Positions 1-9,229 of a DNA stretch of 31,860 nucleotides are shown here, in pieces. Location: IMG/VR virus record IMGVR_UViG_2778261226_000007. One strand, given 5' to 3'. A program made the position numbers and the translations under genes. Source of the DNA: a virus (lineage: Duplodnaviria; Heunggongvirae; Uroviricota; Caudoviricetes). Positions within the stretch are counted from its first letter, which is position 1; the number at the start of each line of letters is the position of its first letter. Under the pieces are notes generated by a model, which searched no databases, was not told where the DNA came from, and was given only the letters and a program-made list of their open reading frames with translations.

Positions 1-408
1 GCGCCAGCGGCTGATCACCTCCTGCTCCGGATCGGCGTCACTGTTTCCGTTGACGAAGTTCACCGCATCCAGAAAACGGGCGTAAACCTTACGCCGGACC
101 ACCGTTCCGCCGACCAGACTCTGCAGGTCTTCCGCCATCCCGGTGACCATGCCGTGCAGATTAGAGACTTTCAGCGTTGGCCTTGCACTGGCTCCTTTGC
201 CGTTCATCTCAAATCCACTTCCCTGAATGGGATAGGCCTGATACTGCCGCCCCTGCCAGGTGACTGGTTCACCTTTTTCGTTCTGCTCATTGCAGAAAAA
301 GTAACGATCTCCGCCGACCTCTGTCAGATCAATTTCCCAGAGCACGACCAGCGCGGATTGCTCCGTTTTAGTGCACTCATTGAGTGTTTCCTGCTGTATA
401 TCCTGCAT
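1..408 (-). CDS. Minor tail protein L (lambda gpL-like), 5' part only; the gene continues past the left window edge
   Basis: Minus-strand translation from the ATG at 408-406 reads MQDIQQETLNECTKTEQSALVVLWEIDLTEVGGDRY, which matches the lambda gpL N-terminus as I recall it. The start overlaps the gpM stop (TGATG). No stop in window, so it is absent from the ORF track. Confidence 0.8.
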   Translation of the reverse strand, partial: MQDIQQETLNECTKTEQSALVVLWEIDLTEVGGDRYFFCNEQNEKGEPVTWQGRQYQAYPIQGSGFEMNGKGASARPTLKVSNLHGMVTGMAEDLQSLVGGTVVRRKVYARFLDAVNFVNGNSDADPEQEVISRWR

Positions 409-764
409 CAGTGAGTGACCTCTTCAAAGGTACAGTTAAAATCGGTATACATGGCATTATCCGAAATGCTCCACTCCCTGCAGACAACCCGGACAGTCCT
501 GTTGTGTTTTGGCGGGCGCCACAAAAAAGCACGAATCCCGGCATGACGGGATAAAAAACTGTCCAGCGCGGCACGGGAGTATTCATCTGTGACACGAAAT
601 ACCGGTTTAAACGTTTTCAGATCCGCATTCAGCCCACCAGCCCGTCGCTGTTCATATCCGTCACCAAACTTTACCGTAATAACTGATGGCTTTCGTGTCG
701 TCTCCATCCCCTCACGGGGGATCCAGTTAAAAACTTCAGGCTCAGGCACTGTATAATCCTCCAT
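408..764 (-). CDS. Minor tail protein M (lambda gpM-like)
   Basis: Contains FGDGYEQRRAGGLNADLKT and SFLWRPP, resembling lambda gpM, and lies between the tape measure and gpL genes. Start is ambiguous: MEDYTV at 764 or METTRK at 707 (the latter has a GAGGGG RBS). Confidence 0.7.
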   Translation of the reverse strand: MEDYTVPEPEVFNWIPREGMETTRKPSVITVKFGDGYEQRRAGGLNADLKTFKPVFRVTDEYSRAALDSFLSRHAGIRAFLWRPPKHNRTVRVVCREWSISDNAMYTDFNCTFEEVTH

Positions 765-3700
765 CCCGACGCGATGACTGCATAATTGACACAACCCTGC
801 TGTCGATCAGATCCACCAGTCCCCTGGCTGAGCGCGTATCTATCTCGCCATTGCTCCCTTGATTCTGAATGCTAATGTGATACACGGGAGAATAAACAAA
901 TCCACCGCCACCATTCACATTGCCAATGGCTCTGACCCCAAGAGAGCCGTCCGCTGCCCGTGTCAGTGGCATGATAGCTTCAGGCCCGGCCTCGCCCATC
1001 AGCCCGGCACCTTTCGCAAAAGCAAAATACGTCGGTGTATCCACAATAGTGTTACTGTAAGCACTCAGATTTGCCGATGTGTAAACACCACCTTTTGCGT
1101 TTGCCACCGCCCCCGAAATCCATCCGCCGACCGTACCAAGCCACCCTCCGGCACCGGAGAGTGACTTCAGTCCGTTAACAATGGCCGCATTCATCAGAAT
1201 TTTTGAAACTTCCCGGAGAACTGAACTCCCCCAGTTCCTCCACTCCACAACATTCCCGGCCAGTGCATCGGAAATATTTGATACCAGCCCGTCCATCGTG
1301 GAAACAACAGCATCTGCCGCCTGTGAAGCATAATCGGTGGCACTGTCTGCCCAGTTGGTCAGTCCCTCCTGGAGTCCGGCATTCCAGTTATTACGTAAAG
1401 CATCGGCCTTTGCATAATAATCCTGCTGATCGCTGAGACGCTCTTCCAGATATTTTTTATTCAGTTCTTTCTCCTGTTTCCACAGGGCTTCTTCAATTTC
1501 TCCGGCCTGATACTGTCTCAGCAGCTCGTTATTTTTCTGCTCAAACTCATGCCGGATACTCCACATTTCCTGGAGTCGTTCACGCATCCGTGAGCCTTCA
1601 CCATATCCCAGCAACTGCGCGTCGTCAGATGCCCGGGCACTGGCATTACTGTCCGCCAGACTGCTTTCATACGCGGCAAGCTGCTCACGAATCTTTTTCT
1701 GGTCGATGAGTGCTGCATTCTGCAAAAGCGTTTTTTTCTGCGCTTCTGACAGGGTTGATAATTCGCCCTGACTGACCTGATATTTCATCTTAGCCAGTTC
1801 AGTATTCTGCCCTGCCAGTGCTATCTGTTCTTTTTGCTGTTTAATCAGCCGTTTATAAATATCTTCTGTTTTTTCCGCTTCGGTCTTTTTATGCGCTTTG
1901 GGTTTATTTGCCTGGTTATTTCGCCAGGCATCCAGTGAGTTATTGATATAATTCTGTCTGGCTGTCCGATACGCCTCTCCCACAAAGCCGAGATCATCCG
2001 CAGCATAGCCCAGTCGGGCACGCTCACGCGCTTCCCCCTTAAGGCGGGACAGAGCCAGTTCGCGCTTGCTGTTATTCAGTGCGGTCTGCTGTTTATCATC
2101 CAGAGTTGCCTGTGGTAGCCGTAACGGTACATTCACCAGCCCCTGTCGCTGCTGAAGTAATTCATTACCAAGCCCGAGAAGGCGATTAAACTCGGTATGC
2201 TTCCCATTCATGATCAACAGGGACTGATACGCTTTGTTTTGTTCCGCTGCCTGTTGACGGATCAACGCCACTCGTCGCTCCTCCAGCCCGGCAAGCACAT
2301 CCTGAATGGATTGCGCTTTGCCCTGCATTTGTGTGAGACGGGACTGTTCAACTGCCAGTTGATTTGTTGCTTCTGCAAGCCCTTTAAGGATGATTTCAGC
2401 ACCAGAACCACTCTGCGAACTTTCATCAAGCCAACGTTGATAATCAGCAATTTGATTTTTCAGTCCGCGAATTTTTCCTTCCTGTTCGTTAATCAGGCGA
2501 TTTTGTTCCTCCAGTGCCTGCCGCGTCTTTTCCTCATTATCTGACGCTTCAGGAAGCGACATTGCCGACGTTTTCTGACGAATTTCGTCGATTGTTGCGG
2601 CATACTGGCGTGCAGATTCTCTGGCCTGCTCCTGATTCTGATACATCGTGTACCAGGCCGTCGCCCCCAGCATGACGAGTCCCGGCACACCACCAACCAG
2701 CCCCAGCGCACCACTTAATAAACGACTCCCCACTGACGTGACAGTATTCAGCGTTGTCTGTGCTGCTGTTCTGGCCGCAATATTACGGGTAAGTGATGCC
2801 TGGGCAGCAGCCAGTTTCGCTTCTGCGGCTGCCTGTCTTTCAGTACCACGGGTAGCCGCGACCGCCTGTTGCGCACGATAAACCGCCGCACGCGCCCTGG
2901 CGGTTGCTATCTGCGTCCCCCGGAGCTGCGCTTCCGCAAGAGCTACTTCGTTTCTGGCTGCAGTAATTAATCCGGCAGTTGCAGATCCAGCAGAAGATGC
3001 CATATTGCCAAAATATCGGGCTACCCCGACGGCAACCAGAGCACCGGCAGCGGTTGCCACAGTGTCAATATTGCCTGCAATACCATTCAGCACACCGGAG
3101 AGCGTCTTCGTCACTCCGCTTGCTTCGTTCGCACCACCAACCCAGGCCATAAAGGCGTTTTCAACTTTGGTTGCAGAGGATGAAACCGTATCAGGCATTG
3201 CTGCATATTCATCACGCAACGCCCCAAGCTGACTAATCAGTGCAGGAACAACCTTATCGGCGGTCAACTTTCCGTTATCCGCCATGGCCTTCAGATCCTT
3301 ACGGGCAACACCCATTCCCGCAGCCAGCGCACGAATAACACGATCGCCGTTCTCATTCACAGAGTTAAATTCTTCACCGCGCAGCACTCCCTGCGCCAGT
3401 GCCTGACTGAACTGCGTGATCACCGAACTGGCTTCTGCTGCACTGGCACCGGATAATTTCAGGCCCGTGGAGATAGCCTCGGTGACTTTCAGTACCTCCT
3501 CAGAACTGTAGCCATACTCCCGCATGGAAGCTGCAGAGCGGGCAAAAAGGCTGGCGTTATCAGAAAACGCCGTTCCCGTTCTCTGGCTGATTGCCATTAA
3601 TTCACGTTGTGATACCTGAAAATCATCAGTGGACTGTGAGGCCTGCTTCAGACGGGCATTTACTGAATTCCACTCATCGGCGAGAGAAATAAGATGACCG

Positions 3701-3942
3701 GTAGCAAAAGCCCCGGCAAATGCCCCCGCCATATTCAGTGCCGAAGATTTAGCTGTATTTATCTGATCCGTCACTTCTGCCAGTGCACGCCGCATTTCAC
3801 GGGATGCAGCAGCGGACTGCCGGCCTCCGTTCTGCATGGTACGGTAGTAATCCTGCCCCATACGCGAAGCCCGGGAGATCTCTGACTGGAATGACCGGGA
3901 ATTTGCCGAGATTTTAATAATCAGCTCACGTAATGTCGCCAT
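742..3942 (-). CDS. Tail tape measure protein
   Basis: 1066-aa ORF with long Ala/Gln-rich coiled-coil stretches, located directly after the tail assembly chaperone pair as in lambda/HK97 tail modules. Confidence 0.9.
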   Translation of the reverse strand: MATLRELIIKISANSRSFQSEISRASRMGQDYYRTMQNGGRQSAAASREMRRALAEVTDQINTAKSSALNMAGAFAGAFATGHLISLADEWNSVNARLKQASQSTDDFQVSQRELMAISQRTGTAFSDNASLFARSAASMREYGYSSEEVLKVTEAISTGLKLSGASAAEASSVITQFSQALAQGVLRGEEFNSVNENGDRVIRALAAGMGVARKDLKAMADNGKLTADKVVPALISQLGALRDEYAAMPDTVSSSATKVENAFMAWVGGANEASGVTKTLSGVLNGIAGNIDTVATAAGALVAVGVARYFGNMASSAGSATAGLITAARNEVALAEAQLRGTQIATARARAAVYRAQQAVAATRGTERQAAAEAKLAAAQASLTRNIAARTAAQTTLNTVTSVGSRLLSGALGLVGGVPGLVMLGATAWYTMYQNQEQARESARQYAATIDEIRQKTSAMSLPEASDNEEKTRQALEEQNRLINEQEGKIRGLKNQIADYQRWLDESSQSGSGAEIILKGLAEATNQLAVEQSRLTQMQGKAQSIQDVLAGLEERRVALIRQQAAEQNKAYQSLLIMNGKHTEFNRLLGLGNELLQQRQGLVNVPLRLPQATLDDKQQTALNNSKRELALSRLKGEARERARLGYAADDLGFVGEAYRTARQNYINNSLDAWRNNQANKPKAHKKTEAEKTEDIYKRLIKQQKEQIALAGQNTELAKMKYQVSQGELSTLSEAQKKTLLQNAALIDQKKIREQLAAYESSLADSNASARASDDAQLLGYGEGSRMRERLQEMWSIRHEFEQKNNELLRQYQAGEIEEALWKQEKELNKKYLEERLSDQQDYYAKADALRNNWNAGLQEGLTNWADSATDYASQAADAVVSTMDGLVSNISDALAGNVVEWRNWGSSVLREVSKILMNAAIVNGLKSLSGAGGWLGTVGGWISGAVANAKGGVYTSANLSAYSNTIVDTPTYFAFAKGAGLMGEAGPEAIMPLTRAADGSLGVRAIGNVNGGGGFVYSPVYHISIQNQGSNGEIDTRSARGLVDLIDSRVVSIMQSSRRDGGLYSA

Positions 3943-3956
3943 TTACTTTACCCCAT

Positions 3957-3981
3957 AAAAAAACCGCTTCTGCGGTTTTTT
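3957..3981. terminator. Hairpin with flanking A-run and T-run (bidirectional intrinsic-terminator-like)
   Basis: aaaaaaaccgcttctgcggtttttt: stem accgc/gcggt flanked by A7 and T6, between the lipoprotein gene stop and the tape measure start. Confidence 0.5.
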
Positions 3982-3991
3982 AAGATGATAA

Positions 3992-4333
3992 TTATTGGCA
4001 AAACAACTTATATTTTTCCATACTGCTTGGATCATGATCATTAACAATTGTTACAGTCCCATGACTCTTAACTTTTCCATCCACAACTTCCAAATAAACA
4101 AAATATGGCTTTTTCCCTGTATATCCACCAAACGTGTTTTTTGAATTAACATCACCACAAACATAACCATATAAATCACCTGACTTATGAAAAAAAGAAT
4201 TAAATTTTGCACTATCAGGATCAATAAGCTTATCTTTAACTAAGTTTTCCCCTAAAGAAATAACATAATTATCTGATGGCTTACATGCACTAATAAAAAA
4301 CAAACAAGCTAATGTCACCACTGATTTTCTCAT
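3992..4333 (-). CDS. Small lipoprotein (moron-like insertion in the tail module)
   Basis: Start MRKSVVTLACLFFISAC gives a signal peptide plus lipobox Cys, with an AGGAGG RBS. The segment is visibly AT-rich compared with flanking tail genes. Confidence 0.6.
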   Translation of the reverse strand: MRKSVVTLACLFFISACKPSDNYVISLGENLVKDKLIDPDSAKFNSFFHKSGDLYGYVCGDVNSKNTFGGYTGKKPYFVYLEVVDGKVKSHGTVTIVNDHDPSSMEKYKLFCQ

Positions 4334-4391
4334 GATTAATCCTCCTGACTTTGAGTAAAGCATTCAATTTCAAAACGATTAAAAAATTATC

Positions 4392-4682
4392 TTATAGTGA
4401 AGACATTAGAGCAACCTCTAATCCAATAAATGGATCATCGCATTTATTTTCTTCTGATTCATGCTCCCACTGAAGAAGCGCATCATTCAGTGGTACTTTG
4501 ACACCCTGCGCACCGTAAACAGCTGAAACAATCTGGGCAGCCCGGATATCAGCCCGTTCGTCCCCCAGCGGGCTGAACCTGTCAAATTCTGCCCACATCA
4601 TGATTTCTGATGCGGACATTTCCCGGCGTAACTCTGACAATGTGCGCCCCATCCTGAGTGCCAGCATCATCAGAAAACGCAT
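4392..4682 (-). CDS. Tail assembly chaperone, frameshift-extension segment (lambda gpT-like part of a G-T fusion)
   Basis: ORF lies in the -1 frame relative to the upstream chaperone ORF and immediately downstream of a slippery A AAA AAG site, positioned between the major tail protein and tape measure genes. Confidence 0.65.
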   Translation of the reverse strand: MRFLMMLALRMGRTLSELRREMSASEIMMWAEFDRFSPLGDERADIRAAQIVSAVYGAQGVKVPLNDALLQWEHESEENKCDDPFIGLEVALMSSL

Positions 4683-4693
4683 CCCCGGAAGCG

Positions 4694-5080
4694 CTACTTT
4701 TTTTTAACCTCGCCGGCATCACTGATCAGTTCCAGAGACTGCCGAAGAAGCCGCGCATGCACCGGGCCATACACGGCAATCACCTGTTCACGATCATCCT
4801 CTGAAAATACAGGTTGCAGTCCGGTATCACACAGAACATCAATGAACAGTTCAACATCTGCCTCCAGATTTCGGCGGGCGCGCTCCGCAACGGATAACGG
4901 TGTCTCATCATCTTTTGCTTTAACGATCTCCTGCCAGCGCAACCAGGCTTCTGCAGAAGGTTCCCGTAATACAACCGTTGCCCCTTCCCATTCAGGCACA
5001 TCAACAGTTTTATGGCGAAACCCCGACATCGTTGCCAGAGCCAGATTACGGATATTTTTAGTCATCACACCCATCCTCAT
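4694..5080 (-). CDS. Tail assembly chaperone (lambda gpG-like)
   Basis: Sits directly downstream of the major tail protein gene and ends in the slippery run ...GEVKKK*. Its start overlaps the major tail stop (TAATG). Confidence 0.7.
   Translation of the reverse strand: MRMGVMTKNIRNLALATMSGFRHKTVDVPEWEGATVVLREPSAEAWLRWQEIVKAKDDETPLSVAERARRNLEADVELFIDVLCDTGLQPVFSEDDREQVIAVYGPVHARLLRQSLELISDAGEVKKK
4697..4703 (-). promoter_or_regulatory. Programmed -1 ribosomal frameshift slippery heptamer (A AAA AAG)
   Basis: Minus strand reads G GTT AAA AAA AAG TAG at the end of the G-like ORF. A -1 slip continues as KKVALPG into the 4392..4682 ORF. Confidence 0.65.
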
Positions 5081-5784
5081 TAACTGACGGTTACAGTGCA
5101 GGAAGTGGAGGTCACTTTGTTAACCGGGCTTGCTGAATCAGAAATCTCGCAGGTATATGCGCCCGCATCACCGGATACTGCCAATGCCTTACTGAACGTT
5201 GCCGCCGTCTGTCCGGAAACAGGAGAACTACCTTTCTTCCAGACATAAGAATAAGGCGGCACACCACCGGCAGCCTCAACCACCATTTCGAGTTTCGCTC
5301 CGGCAGAAACCTGCAGCGTGCTGTTTAAATCGACCTTCACTTTCAGCGGCTCTGTCGTCAGCACAGGTTTACCTTTCAGGCGCAGGGAAAACGTTGCAGC
5401 CACAACACCATTGGTTCCTGCAGACCAGGTATGCTGACGCACCTCTGCCATAAAGGTAAATCCGTTTCCTGACGGAAAAATAACTTTAAAGCCATACGTG
5501 GTGTCATTGTCATAGGCACTGCGCAACGCGTTCTGGGCAGCATTGAGGTAAAAGTTGCCTGACATGGAAATCTCTGACGCGGCACCAAGACCGTTAATAT
5601 TTTCCTGCTCAACAGAACACAGCGTGGTGACATCAATATCCTGCTTTTGTCCTGCGGTAAACTGCACCTCTTTGATTGTACAGCTCAGGCCAAGATAGCT
5701 GGCAGAATCCAGGGTTTCTGCTGTTACCGGTGCAGACGAAATCATAATTTTCGTCAGTTGCGAACGCTCAAAATTAGAGGACAT
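5080..5784 (-). CDS. Major tail protein with C-terminal Ig-like domain
   Basis: 234-aa ORF upstream of the chaperone pair. The C-terminal ~80 aa (PYSYVWKKGSS...AYTCEISDSASP) looks like a Big_2/Ig-like decoration domain common on phage major tail proteins. Confidence 0.75.
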   Translation of the reverse strand: MSSNFERSQLTKIMISSAPVTAETLDSASYLGLSCTIKEVQFTAGQKQDIDVTTLCSVEQENINGLGAASEISMSGNFYLNAAQNALRSAYDNDTTYGFKVIFPSGNGFTFMAEVRQHTWSAGTNGVVAATFSLRLKGKPVLTTEPLKVKVDLNSTLQVSAGAKLEMVVEAAGGVPPYSYVWKKGSSPVSGQTAATFSKALAVSGDAGAYTCEISDSASPVNKVTSTSCTVTVS

Positions 5785-5801
5785 ACTCGTCTCCTGAAAA
5801 T

Positions 5802-5823
5802 AAAAAAACCCGCCAGCGGCGGG
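5802..5823 (-). terminator. Hairpin plus U-run immediately upstream of the major tail gene RBS
   Basis: Minus strand: cccgccgctggcggg followed by ttttttta, then AGGAGA and the ATG at 5784. Confidence 0.35.
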
Positions 5824-5844
5824 TGGGTAAAATCATTAACGACC

Positions 5845-6189
5845 TCAGGCTATTACCTGAAATTCAAGCGTGGCTCTGCTCAGACGGGAATCAGGATCAT
5901 AACCCTGAGTTTTAGAAATAACGGAGGGTGCAAGTTGCCTTACCGCATCAAGCGCCTGCTCACGGATATCATCTGCGTCATCAGGTACTGTTGCCCAGAC
6001 ATCGATCTGCACGGTAATTCTGGATTCAGCCTGACCATCAAGCACATCAGACGCCGTGTCAGACACCACAGAAAACACCAGCCACGGCGGAGATACCGCA
6101 GGCTTTCCCTCCGTCAGCGGGACCACATAAGGATAAACCTGTCCTCCGGCCAACTGAGACAGCAGGGAATACAGTGTGGCTTCCCTCAT
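5845..6189 (-). CDS. Tail completion/terminator-like protein (DUF3168-like)
   Basis: Position between the head-tail joining genes and the major tail gene; size and order match an HK97-like module. Confidence 0.55.
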   Translation of the reverse strand: MREATLYSLLSQLAGGQVYPYVVPLTEGKPAVSPPWLVFSVVSDTASDVLDGQAESRITVQIDVWATVPDDADDIREQALDAVRQLAPSVISKTQGYDPDSRLSRATLEFQVIA

Positions 6190-6635
6190 TTACTTAAGAC
6201 CTCATCAATAGCCTGATTCATTCGCTGTATGGCAACCTGCGCCACCAGCTCCTCTGTCGTATCGAAAGCCGGGCGAATGAATGGATGCGCGGGCATGTTT
6301 ATCGTTCCCAGCTCCACAAAGCGCCAGTAAAACGCATTTCGGGGATCGCTGGCTTTCATGCTGTTATCACTGTTTCCGGTTCGCAGGTTCCGTCCGCGAA
6401 TGTGGACACCCGAGATAATTTCCCCCCGACGCTTTGAACGCTGCGTGAGAACAACCACATTTTTCTTCAGTTTCCCGGTTCGCTCCGGCGCACGTTCAAC
6501 AACTGCATCCCGCATAATTTCAGCACCGGCACGGGTGGCATCGCGCAGAACCTTATTGTTTTCTGCCCTGCTGAGCGTCTCCAGATCCCGTGCAATATCC
6601 GCCAGGCCGGAAAAATCAAGACTGAAATCCATCAC
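6186..6635 (-). CDS. HK97 gp10-family head-tail joining protein
   Basis: Position and size in the HK97-like order; overlapping start/stop with both neighbours. Confidence 0.6.
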   Translation of the reverse strand: MMDFSLDFSGLADIARDLETLSRAENNKVLRDATRAGAEIMRDAVVERAPERTGKLKKNVVVLTQRSKRRGEIISGVHIRGRNLRTGNSDNSMKASDPRNAFYWRFVELGTINMPAHPFIRPAFDTTEELVAQVAIQRMNQAIDEVLSK

Positions 6636-6970
6636 ACATTCCCCTTCAGGCTGCAGAGTATTTCAAGCCGGGTGGTGCGTGCATCCGGTATTGGTGGCCC
6701 TTCTATACCAAGAATGGCTCCTTTGAATGCACCGGTCAGCACTTTCAGACGTGAAGCTGCCGTCACATCGCGTCGGAATCTCATCCAGACTCTGACCGTA
6801 GCCTGAGCGGTTTCTGCACCTCCTGATATTCTCTCCCTCCCGCTGATACCCTTAACTTCTGCCCATACGGTAGCTCCCTCCGTCACCGTCTCCACCGGAT
6901 GCCCTGACGGAGAGCGGGCGGTGGTGACATTCAGAATAGTTACGCGATCACGTAATCTGCCCGCCTGCAT
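6632..6970 (-). CDS. Head closure / head-tail adaptor protein
   Basis: Position downstream of the gp6-like connector in the HK97-like order. Confidence 0.6.
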   Translation of the reverse strand: MQAGRLRDRVTILNVTTARSPSGHPVETVTEGATVWAEVKGISGRERISGGAETAQATVRVWMRFRRDVTAASRLKVLTGAFKGAILGIEGPPIPDARTTRLEILCSLKGNV

Positions 6971-6978
6971 GGTTCCTC

Positions 6979-7296
6979 CTACAAAGGAATAAAACGATAA
7001 GGCTCCAGCAGAGAAGAAAAACCAAACGGGACTGGTGCCTTGCTGACATCTGAGGAATTTTCCCGGTTTTCGTACCAGTGTCCGACCAGCAACATGAGCG
7101 CCAACAAAACATCATCAGCTATAAGCACCCCTTCAGGATCACCTTCCGGCACCATCTCCTCATAAAGCTTACGGTTGATAAAATTTTCTGCCTTGCGGCA
7201 GGCAGCCCGGAAATACAGCATCAGTAACTCATCATCAGTTGCATCATCTGTATCAATACGGCACTGCGCCCTGAGTTTTTCCACTATTGCTGCCAT
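6979..7296 (-). CDS. Head-tail connector protein (gp6-like)
   Basis: Lies immediately downstream of the major capsid gene. Start taken at MAAIVEKL, which has an AGGAG RBS. Confidence 0.6.
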   Translation of the reverse strand: MAAIVEKLRAQCRIDTDDATDDELLMLYFRAACRKAENFINRKLYEEMVPEGDPEGVLIADDVLLALMLLVGHWYENRENSSDVSKAPVPFGFSSLLEPYRFIPL

Positions 7297-7340
7297 CAGA
7301 AACTCCTGCCCGCAACACTGTGCGGGCATAAAAAACTGCA

Positions 7341-8564
7341 TTACGCAGCGGCTTTCTGGCGGGTTGCAGCACCGATCTTCATCAGCTTAATCGCCTGAGA
7401 ATCCACCAGCATACCGCCGGTTCGTTTGGTTGTATAAAAGCCCACAAACGGTTTGTTGGTGTAAGGATCGCGCAGGATGCGGGTGCCGATACGATCAACG
7501 ATGGTATAGCCGCGTTTGAAGTTACCAAACGCAATAGCTTTTGCATCGGCAGCAATATCCGGCATCTGCTCATTCTCAACGATGCCATACCCCGCCAGTG
7601 AAGAAGGCTGACCCAGCTCAATGCCCGGACGCCACAGATAATTTCCGTCGTTATCCTTCAGCAGGCGAATGGCAAACAGGCTGCTGTTATTCATCATGAA
7701 CTTCGCGCCGCTGCGATGCGCCTTGCGCAGGGTGTAAATCAGTTTAATGATCGCATCGGCAGTCACGCCAGAAGCCGCACCGGAAGCGATGTGCTGAAGT
7801 TTGCCAAACGCACGGGTCTTGTCATCTTCATCGGTGGACTCATAAGCCAGAAAACCTTTTGGTTTTTTGCTGCCGTCGCCACTGGTAAAGGCAATTTCTT
7901 CCTGTTCGGCAAATTCCAGCGCCAGCTCACTGTTGATCCAGTCTTCCACATTGAAGAAAGCGTCATCGAGCATTTTCTGGGTGGCCTGCGGGTTGCCGTA
8001 GATTTCCCCCATAAAGGGTTCAATCAGCCCCAGTTTTGAGGTGGCGGTTTCCGGACGTGCATCCGTTTCCCCCACCCATCCGGACGTTGTGCCGCCCAGA
8101 TTCACCAGTTTTTTATAATCCGAGCCCCCGAGGGTGATCACAGTGGCTTCCTGGCGCATCACCACCTCATCTTTCAGTAGCGTCAGAATGGTGCGATCCA
8201 GTTCTTCCGGAATGGCATAACCGCCATCTTCATCATTGCCCACCTGCAGCGCCTTACGCTCCAGCTCACGCAGGCCGTCTTCACGCCCCTTGCGCATAAA
8301 TCCGATAAACGCTTCTTTGTGTTCACTGGCAACTTTATTTTGCGTGCCGCCTGCCGGACGCTTGATGTCTGCCAGCTCTTTTTCCAGGTCGCTTTTCAGG
8401 TTCTCCAGCTCGCTGATTTGCCCGTTCAGGCTTTCCACCTGTTCGGCCAGCTTGCCTTTTTCCTGTTCGATCGCGTCAATGCGCTTGTCGTTTTTTGCCT
8501 TAAAATCGTCAAACTTCTGCTGCAGCTCCTGCGCGACCTGCTCCACATCTTTAATGTCAGCCAT
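7341..8564 (-). CDS. Major capsid protein, HK97 family, with N-terminal delta (scaffold) domain
   Basis: 407 aa. The N-terminal ~100 aa is a coiled coil (QELQQKFDDFKAKNDKRIDAIEQEKGKLAEQVESL...) followed by an HK97-fold body, directly after the prohead protease gene. Confidence 0.9.
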   Translation of the reverse strand: MADIKDVEQVAQELQQKFDDFKAKNDKRIDAIEQEKGKLAEQVESLNGQISELENLKSDLEKELADIKRPAGGTQNKVASEHKEAFIGFMRKGREDGLRELERKALQVGNDEDGGYAIPEELDRTILTLLKDEVVMRQEATVITLGGSDYKKLVNLGGTTSGWVGETDARPETATSKLGLIEPFMGEIYGNPQATQKMLDDAFFNVEDWINSELALEFAEQEEIAFTSGDGSKKPKGFLAYESTDEDDKTRAFGKLQHIASGAASGVTADAIIKLIYTLRKAHRSGAKFMMNNSSLFAIRLLKDNDGNYLWRPGIELGQPSSLAGYGIVENEQMPDIAADAKAIAFGNFKRGYTIVDRIGTRILRDPYTNKPFVGFYTTKRTGGMLVDSQAIKLMKIGAATRQKAAA

Positions 8565-8578
8565 TATTTTTCTCCTGG

Positions 8579-9229
8579 TTAAAATTTAAGATTTTTCAGT
8601 GCATTCAGTGCGGCATCCACATCCTCAGCATCACGCAGGGATAAAGCGCCATATCCCCCGGCCATGAATGCTTTGGCCTGGGTTCGCGAGAGTCCAACAT
8701 CGCGCAGGACTCGCTCAATAATTTTCTGATCAGGGATCTCCCCACGCGCCAGCGCATTTTTCACATCGCTGATGCGTGCCTCATCATTGGAAGGAAACGT
8801 CACCAGACTGACCTCCCACAAGTCGATCTCTTTCAGCAGGAATACCCCTTTTTCACGGTCGTACTCCCAGTCTTTCAGGATGTAGCCAATAGAAAGGCCG
8901 GTTAAAGAACCGGCCTTCATATGGGCATGTGCACGTTTTGCCAGGGGATCATCATCAACGAGTAATCGCCCCCTGACATAAAGCCCGACATCATCTTCTT
9001 TCATTTCGGTGTACACACCGATGGGCTCATCCATGCGGTGCTGCCAGAGCAACGCAGGCAGCGCCTTTTTTTCGCTCCATTTCTGGAGTGTTGTGGTAAA
9101 GGCACCGGGGACCACCACATCATCGTGGCTGTCCTTAACACCAAAAACAGAACCGTAACCTTCAAATTCCCCGGAATCACTGACGGATTTCAGGTTCAGC
9201 GGTATATCAAGACGCTGTTTTGTCTGCAT
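8579..9229 (-). CDS. Prohead protease (HK97 gp4-like)
   Basis: Located between the portal and capsid genes. Start taken at MQTKQ, which has an AAGGAG RBS; the ORF-track start at 9259 is less likely. Confidence 0.8.
   Translation of the reverse strand: MQTKQRLDIPLNLKSVSDSGEFEGYGSVFGVKDSHDDVVVPGAFTTTLQKWSEKKALPALLWQHRMDEPIGVYTEMKEDDVGLYVRGRLLVDDDPLAKRAHAHMKAGSLTGLSIGYILKDWEYDREKGVFLLKEIDLWEVSLVTFPSNDEARISDVKNALARGEIPDQKIIERVLRDVGLSRTQAKAFMAGGYGALSLRDAEDVDAALNALKNLKF

Noticed and set aside
154-414. Plus-strand ORF (86 aa) at the left edge
   Set aside because: It lies opposite the gpL coding sequence, whose minus-strand translation matches the lambda gpL N-terminus; treated as a shadow ORF.
5647-6216. 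Plus-strand ORF (189 aa) and other plus-strand ORFs across the structural and replication modules (for example 8236..8589, 11059..11661, 19601..19966, 20833..21243)
   Set aside because: All lie antisense to well-supported minus-strand phage genes with coherent order and coupling, and have Arg/Cys/His-rich compositions typical of GC-rich antisense frames.
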